In this document: positions 27,412-32,000 of the stretch, in pieces
Numbering within the stretch: position 1 is the stretch's first letter
Layout of the letters: each line of letters starts with the position of its first letter
From: Candidatus Arthromitus sp. SFB-rat-Yit
GTDB taxonomy: Bacteria; Bacillota; Clostridia; Clostridiales; Clostridiaceae
DNA: 32,000 bases
Assembly (NCBI RefSeq): GCF_000283555.1
Contig: NC_016012.1
Coordinates: forward strand, 60,001-92,000
Reading direction: 5' to 3'
Made by a program: the position numbers and the translations under genes
The notes under the pieces: generated by a model
The model's database searches: none
What the model was told of the DNA's origin: nothing
The model's input: only the letters and a program-made list of their open reading frames with translations

Positions 27412-28301
27412 TGAAAGTTTCGAGTTTTAAAGGATTTACTATCGATGCTATTAAGAGTTTATTTAGAAATAAGACTATAAGTATAGCAACTATAGTTAAT
27501 ATAGTTGTTACGTTAACTATTTATGGTGTATTTTTGATACTTATGAATGTTATTGTTGCAAATGTAAATGATGTTGAATCTCGTCTTCAGCTCAAAGTTT
27601 ATCTAAAGGATAATATAACCGTAGAACAACAACAACAAGTAAAGGATGCTATAAGTGGTATTGAGGGGATAGAAAGTGTTTATTACGAAAGTAAAGCGGA
27701 GGCACTTGTTAATTTTAAGAATCAACTTAGAGATTATGCGTGGATGATTGAGGGTTATGATGAAAATAATAACCCACTTCCAAGTTCTTATGTTGTTAAG
27801 ATAAAATCGTCGAGTGTATCGGACCGTATAGAGAAAGCACTTCAAGGATTTGAAGGTATTGATGATATTGGAAGTGACAAGGTGCTTGTTAAAGAAGTTT
27901 CTAAAATATCTACATTTATTAGGATTGCGTGGATCGTTTTATCATTCATTTTAATATTAGTTTCACTGTTTTTGATAATGAATACAATTAAACTTACAAT
28001 ATATTCACGCAGGAAAGAAATATATATAATGAAATTTGTTGGAGCGACAGATTGGTTTATAAGATGGCCATTTGTAATAGAGGGTATTATCTTAGGAGTT
28101 ATAGGATCTTTTATTTCTATTGGAATAATATATTATAGTTATTTTTATGTTTATAGTTTTTTGAATGGTAGAAATTTATTTTCCTATTTAATTTCTCCCA
28201 ATGTGATTTTGATACAGTTAACTATTCATTTTTTCCTAATAGGTATATTAGTTGGTATTGTCGGAAGTATATTTTCGTTAAGAAAGTTTTTGAAGGTTTA
28301 G
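27411..28301 (+). CDS. ftsX: Cell-division permease-like protein FtsX
   Basis: Overlaps the ftsE stop; YLKDNITVEQQQQVKDAISGIEGIESVYYESKAEAL, IVLSFILILVSLFLIMNTIKLTIYSRRKEIYIMKFVGATDWFIRWPFVIEGIILG. Confidence 0.96.
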   Translation: MKVSSFKGFTIDAIKSLFRNKTISIATIVNIVVTLTIYGVFLILMNVIVANVNDVESRLQLKVYLKDNITVEQQQQVKDAISGIEGIESVYYESKAEALVNFKNQLRDYAWMIEGYDENNNPLPSSYVVKIKSSSVSDRIEKALQGFEGIDDIGSDKVLVKEVSKISTFIRIAWIVLSFILILVSLFLIMNTIKLTIYSRRKEIYIMKFVGATDWFIRWPFVIEGIILGVIGSFISIGIIYYSYFYVYSFLNGRNLFSYLISPNVILIQLTIHFFLIGILVGIVGSIFSLRKFLKV

Positions 28302-28379
28302 TTTAATGTTATAATTTGAATATTTAGGAATAAATAAGGGAATAAATAAAACTAGTTGTTAGTTGGTTTGGAGGAATTT

Positions 28380-29690
28380 ATGAATATTAACAGTAATGAC
28401 AAAGATATGTCGAATAATAAAGAAGATAAATTATTGAATTTTAAAAAGATATCAAAAGTATCTAATAATAGGTTTCTTATTATAATTTTTGTTGTGATAG
28501 TATTTTTGATTACTAATATTTTAAGTTATATAGTTGGTATAAATTTTTCCTCTGGACTTTATATAAACCAGGGAGGATTAAAATCATTCTCAGGGGATAT
28601 AGCTGATTATAAAAAAATTATGTTTGTTAGAAATATTATAAATAAGACTTATAATCCTTATGATGGCGCTAATGCTTCGGATTTAGTAGATGGTGCCATA
28701 AAAGGTATGGTTGATTCACTTGGTGATCCATATACTGTTTATATGAATAAAGATGAATTTTCTGATTTTAATCTTAGAAGTAAGGGGAATTATGTTGGAA
28801 TAGGCATACAGGTTGCTCCTAAAGAGGGTAAAATATCTGTAATATCAGTGTTTAAAAATTCTCCTGCAGAGAAGTCTGATATTAGGGATGGAGATTATAT
28901 TATAAATGTTTCAAATGAAAATGTTGATGAGGATTGTATTGATAGAGCGATATCTCTTATAAAGGGTGAAGAAGGTACGAGTGTAAATTTGGTTATAGAG
29001 AGAGATGGAAAAGAACTAAATCTTAATGTATTAAGAGAAAAAATAGAGGTTATGCCAGTAGAATATGAGAAAGTTACAGAAGATATTTTATATATAAAAA
29101 TAAATTCTTTTGATGAAAATTCTTCAAAAGGCGTTAATGAAGCTTTGTATAGTTCCGACTATAGAGGGATTATACTTGATTTAAGAGGTAATCCGGGAGG
29201 ACTTCTAAATGAATGTGTTGATATAGCATCTCAGTTTATACCTGAAGGGGAAGTTATAGTTTCTATGGATGATAAGTATGGTAATAAAGAGGTTATTAAA
29301 GCGAAAAAAGGAGTGTCTGAGGATAAAAAAATTGTTGTACTTGGAGATTCTGGAAGTGCTTCGGCTTCAGAAGTTTTAATCGGTGCTCTTAAGGATCATA
29401 ACAGAGCTGTTTTTGTTGGTGAAACAACGTTTGGCAAGGGATTGGTTCAGAGGGTATTTGAACTTGGTGATGGTAGTGGAGTTAAGGTTACGGTGTCTAA
29501 GTATTATACACCATCAGATGAATACATAAATAAGGTTGGAATAAATCCTGATGTTGAGGTTTTATACCCCCAAGATGAAATTATTAAACATAAACAAATA
29601 GCTAATGGGGATTCAAAAAAGATGAGAGAGCTAGATTATCAATATTTAAGGGCTTTAGAGATATTAAAGGAGAATATTAAAAGTCAATGA
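28380..29690 (+). CDS. ctpA: C-terminal processing peptidase (S41 family) with PDZ domain
   Basis: GMVDSLGDPYTVYM, GIGIQVAPKEGKISVISVFKNSPAEKSDIRDGDYIINV, GIILDLRGNPGG, GSASASEVLIGALKDH, GKGLVQ. GGAGG RBS before ATG 28380. Confidence 0.94.
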   Translation: MNINSNDKDMSNNKEDKLLNFKKISKVSNNRFLIIIFVVIVFLITNILSYIVGINFSSGLYINQGGLKSFSGDIADYKKIMFVRNIINKTYNPYDGANASDLVDGAIKGMVDSLGDPYTVYMNKDEFSDFNLRSKGNYVGIGIQVAPKEGKISVISVFKNSPAEKSDIRDGDYIINVSNENVDEDCIDRAISLIKGEEGTSVNLVIERDGKELNLNVLREKIEVMPVEYEKVTEDILYIKINSFDENSSKGVNEALYSSDYRGIILDLRGNPGGLLNECVDIASQFIPEGEVIVSMDDKYGNKEVIKAKKGVSEDKKIVVLGDSGSASASEVLIGALKDHNRAVFVGETTFGKGLVQRVFELGDGSGVKVTVSKYYTPSDEYINKVGINPDVEVLYPQDEIIKHKQIANGDSKKMRELDYQYLRALEILKENIKSQ

Positions 29691-30328
29691 TTTTGTATGT
29701 TTATTTAATATCTTTTATTTTGAATTTTATTAATATATGTAAAAATAATAAGGTGGGAATTTATTACCACCTTATTTTAATATGTAAAAATATATTATTA
29801 ATAATTTTTTTGAATTTACTTTTTAAAGATATGATCAAAAGTATTGGTATTTATTATTTAGATGAGAAGGTTTTAATATTAATTTGTTTATTTAGTTTGT
29901 TAAATTATTTTTTGGTAGGTAGGTATATATGTATATCGTTTAGTGGGGTTATATGTTATTTGTTTTTAAAATTAATTGGATTTGATGTAGATACTAGTTT
30001 TATAATTTTACTCATTGGAGTCCTACATATATTTGAGGGTGTATTTATTTGTTTGAATTTTGAAAGCAATATTAATAAGCTTTATTTACCTATTTATTTT
30101 GGGGGTATTCATATAATATTTCTTATGTTTTTTAGAAGAAGTTATTTAAATAATTTTAAATATAGTAAATTTATATCCGGGTTATTCGTTTTTGTATATG
30201 GTGTGATTGTTATGATATTATATAAATTTATAGGAAATGTATTTTCGTTAATAATGATTTGTTTTCTTCATGAAGTTATGATTTTGTTAGAAAAGAGAGT
30301 TAATAAAGAGATTTGTAAGATTATTTAG
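29687..30328 (+). CDS. 213-aa multi-TM membrane protein, possibly the membrane half of the clostridial PDZ/MinJ-like protein
   Basis: ATGA overlap with the ctpA stop; almost entirely hydrophobic segments; position between ctpA and uvrB; no PDZ motif. Confidence 0.65.
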   Translation: MILYVYLISFILNFINICKNNKVGIYYHLILICKNILLIIFLNLLFKDMIKSIGIYYLDEKVLILICLFSLLNYFLVGRYICISFSGVICYLFLKLIGFDVDTSFIILLIGVLHIFEGVFICLNFESNINKLYLPIYFGGIHIIFLMFFRRSYLNNFKYSKFISGLFVFVYGVIVMILYKFIGNVFSLIMICFLHEVMILLEKRVNKEICKII

Positions 30329-30338
30329 GAGATATATA

Positions 30339-32000
30339 ATGAAAAAGTTTAAGATAAATTCGAAATTTAAGCCTATGGGAGATCAGCCTCAAGCTATAAA
30401 AGAACTTGTAAATTCTATTAATTGTGGGAATAAATATCAAACTCTTTTAGGTGTTACTGGATCTGGAAAAACTTTCACTATGGCGAATGTTATAGAAAAT
30501 CTTCAAAGACCTGCTTTGGTACTTGCTCATAATAAAATATTAGCTGCACAATTATGCACGGAATTTAGGGAGTTTTTTCCAGAAAATTCTGTTGAATATT
30601 TTGTATCTTATTATGATTATTACCAACCTGAGGCGTATGTTCCTCAAACAGATACATTAATAGAGAAGGATGCTTCTATTAATCAGGAGATAGATAAGTT
30701 AAGGCACTCTGCTACATCTTCTTTAATTGAGAGAAGAGATACTATAGTTGTGGCTTCGGTATCTTGTATATATGGTTTAGGGAATCCTTTGGAGTATAGG
30801 AAGCTTGTTGTTAATTTGAGAGTTGGTATGGTTCGTGATAGGGATGATATTGTACGCCAACTTGTTGAAATACAGTATGAAAGAAATGAAATAGATTTTG
30901 CTAGATGTACGTTTAGAGCTAAAGGTGATGTTCTTGATATTGTACCGGCATCTTCTTTTAATGTTGGTATTCGAGTTGAATTTTTTGGAGATGAGATAGA
31001 AAAAATAAGCGAATTTGATATTTTGACAGGAAAGGTTTTTTCAAAGTTAACACATATTTCAATATACCCAGCGACGCATTTCGCTACATCTAAGGATGCA
31101 ATTGAAAATGCGATAAATGAAATAAATTTAGAGCTTTATGATAGAGTTAAGTATTTTAAAGAAAATGGTAAACTTTTAGAGGCTCAGCGGATTAAAGAGA
31201 GAGTTAATTATGACATTGAGATGATGAGAGAGATTGGATATTGCAGTGGTATTGAAAATTATTCTAGGATTTTAGATGGGAGAGAGAAGGGGAGTAAACC
31301 TTATACTTTATTTGATTACTTTCCGTCTGATTATTTGTTATTTATAGATGAATCTCATGTTACTATACCACAGATTAGGGCTATGTATGCTGGGGATAGG
31401 TCAAGAAAAGAATCCCTTGTTAATTATGGATTTAGACTTCCTTGTGCTTATGATAATCGTCCTCTTAAATTTGAGGAATTTGAAGAGAAGATAAACCAGG
31501 TGGTTTTTGTTTCAGCAACGCCTTCAGATTATGAGAAAGAGCATCAGGAAGTTATAGTAAATCAAATTATAAGACCTACAGGTCTTTTAGATCCTATAGT
31601 TGAGGTTAGACCTATTGAAAATCAGATAGATGATTTATATGGGGAAGTTATAAAAACTATAGAGAAAGGTTATAGGGTTTTAGTTACAACTTTAACTAAA
31701 AAAATGGCAGAACATTTAACTGATTATCTGAATGAGTTAAACATTAAAACTACATATATGCATTCAGATGTGAAAACCATAGATAGAATGGAGATAATAA
31801 GGGATTTAAGAAGTGGAGAATTCGATGTTTTGGTTGGTATAAATTTGTTAAGAGAGGGTCTTGATATACCTGAAGTATCCCTTGTATGCATTCTTGATGC
31901 TGATAAAGAAGGTTTTTTAAGATCTGAAACAAGTCTTATTCAAACGATAGGAAGAGCCGCAAGAAATGCAGAGAGTAGAGTTATATTATATGGTGATATT
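30339..32000 (+). CDS. uvrB: UvrABC system protein B (partial, runs off the window)
   Basis: [107 protein letters not shown]. Frame stays open to 32000, so it is absent from the ORF track. Confidence 0.98.
   Translation, partial: MKKFKINSKFKPMGDQPQAIKELVNSINCGNKYQTLLGVTGSGKTFTMANVIENLQRPALVLAHNKILAAQLCTEFREFFPENSVEYFVSYYDYYQPEAYVPQTDTLIEKDASINQEIDKLRHSATSSLIERRDTIVVASVSCIYGLGNPLEYRKLVVNLRVGMVRDRDDIVRQLVEIQYERNEIDFARCTFRAKGDVLDIVPASSFNVGIRVEFFGDEIEKISEFDILTGKVFSKLTHISIYPATHFATSKDAIENAINEINLELYDRVKYFKENGKLLEAQRIKERVNYDIEMMREIGYCSGIENYSRILDGREKGSKPYTLFDYFPSDYLLFIDESHVTIPQIRAMYAGDRSRKESLVNYGFRLPCAYDNRPLKFEEFEEKINQVVFVSATPSDYEKEHQEVIVNQIIRPTGLLDPIVEVRPIENQIDDLYGEVIKTIEKGYRVLVTTLTKKMAEHLTDYLNELNIKTTYMHSDVKTIDRMEIIRDLRSGEFDVLVGINLLREGLDIPEVSLVCILDADKEGFLRSETSLIQTIGRAARNAESRVILYGDI

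Noticed and set aside
26519-27845. Minus-strand ORFs 26519..26716, 26706..26912 and 27603..27845
   Set aside because: They lie across a terminator/intergenic region or antisense to ftsE/ftsX; no recognisable features.
31750-31932. Minus-strand 60-aa ORF in uvrB
   Set aside because: Antisense to the highly conserved helicase motifs of uvrB.
1-32000. CRISPR arrays, tRNA/rRNA genes, transposases, prophage or defence islands
   Set aside because: None recognised on reading both strands. The MazEF-type pair is the only toxin-antitoxin-like system and belongs to a widespread chromosomal type.

Overview
AT-rich, Clostridia-like chromosomal window. The gene order and content (sporulation/germination-type GerS-Alr pair, host-glycan GH89 enzyme, very low GC) would fit a host-associated clostridium such as segmented filamentous bacteria ('Candidatus Arthromitus'), but that assignment is inference only. 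Contents from left to right: a partial FemAB-like gene; rsmI; abrB-like regulator; a minus-strand set of genes (acyltransferase, LytR-CpsA-Psr protein, D-Ala-D-Ala dipeptidase-like, HesB-like); a roughly 14-kb surface-polysaccharide locus (several GT4 and GT2 glycosyltransferases, Wzy-like, Wzx-like, priming sugar transferase, manC, galU, plus an embedded second LCP protein, a secreted DUF4214/cohesin-like protein and a YihY/BrkB protein); nicotinamidase-like; tail-less SSB; flavodiiron protein; acpS, GerS-like lipoprotein, alr and a MazEF-type module; a GH89 alpha-N-acetylglucosaminidase; and ftsE-ftsX-ctpA-(membrane protein)-uvrB. The most notable observation is absent from the supplied ORF track: at 1750..2040 (minus) there is a 96-codon HesB-like gene with one in-frame UGA at the position expected for Cys (AGFG-U-GGPSF). 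It has a strong ribosome binding site, ATGA coupling to the upstream gene, a perfect 6-bp hairpin with a GG-containing apical loop 25 nt after the UGA (bacterial-SECIS-like), and a canonical terminator right after the TAA stop. I interpret it as a selenoprotein gene. No tRNA, rRNA, CRISPR array or transposase was recognised.
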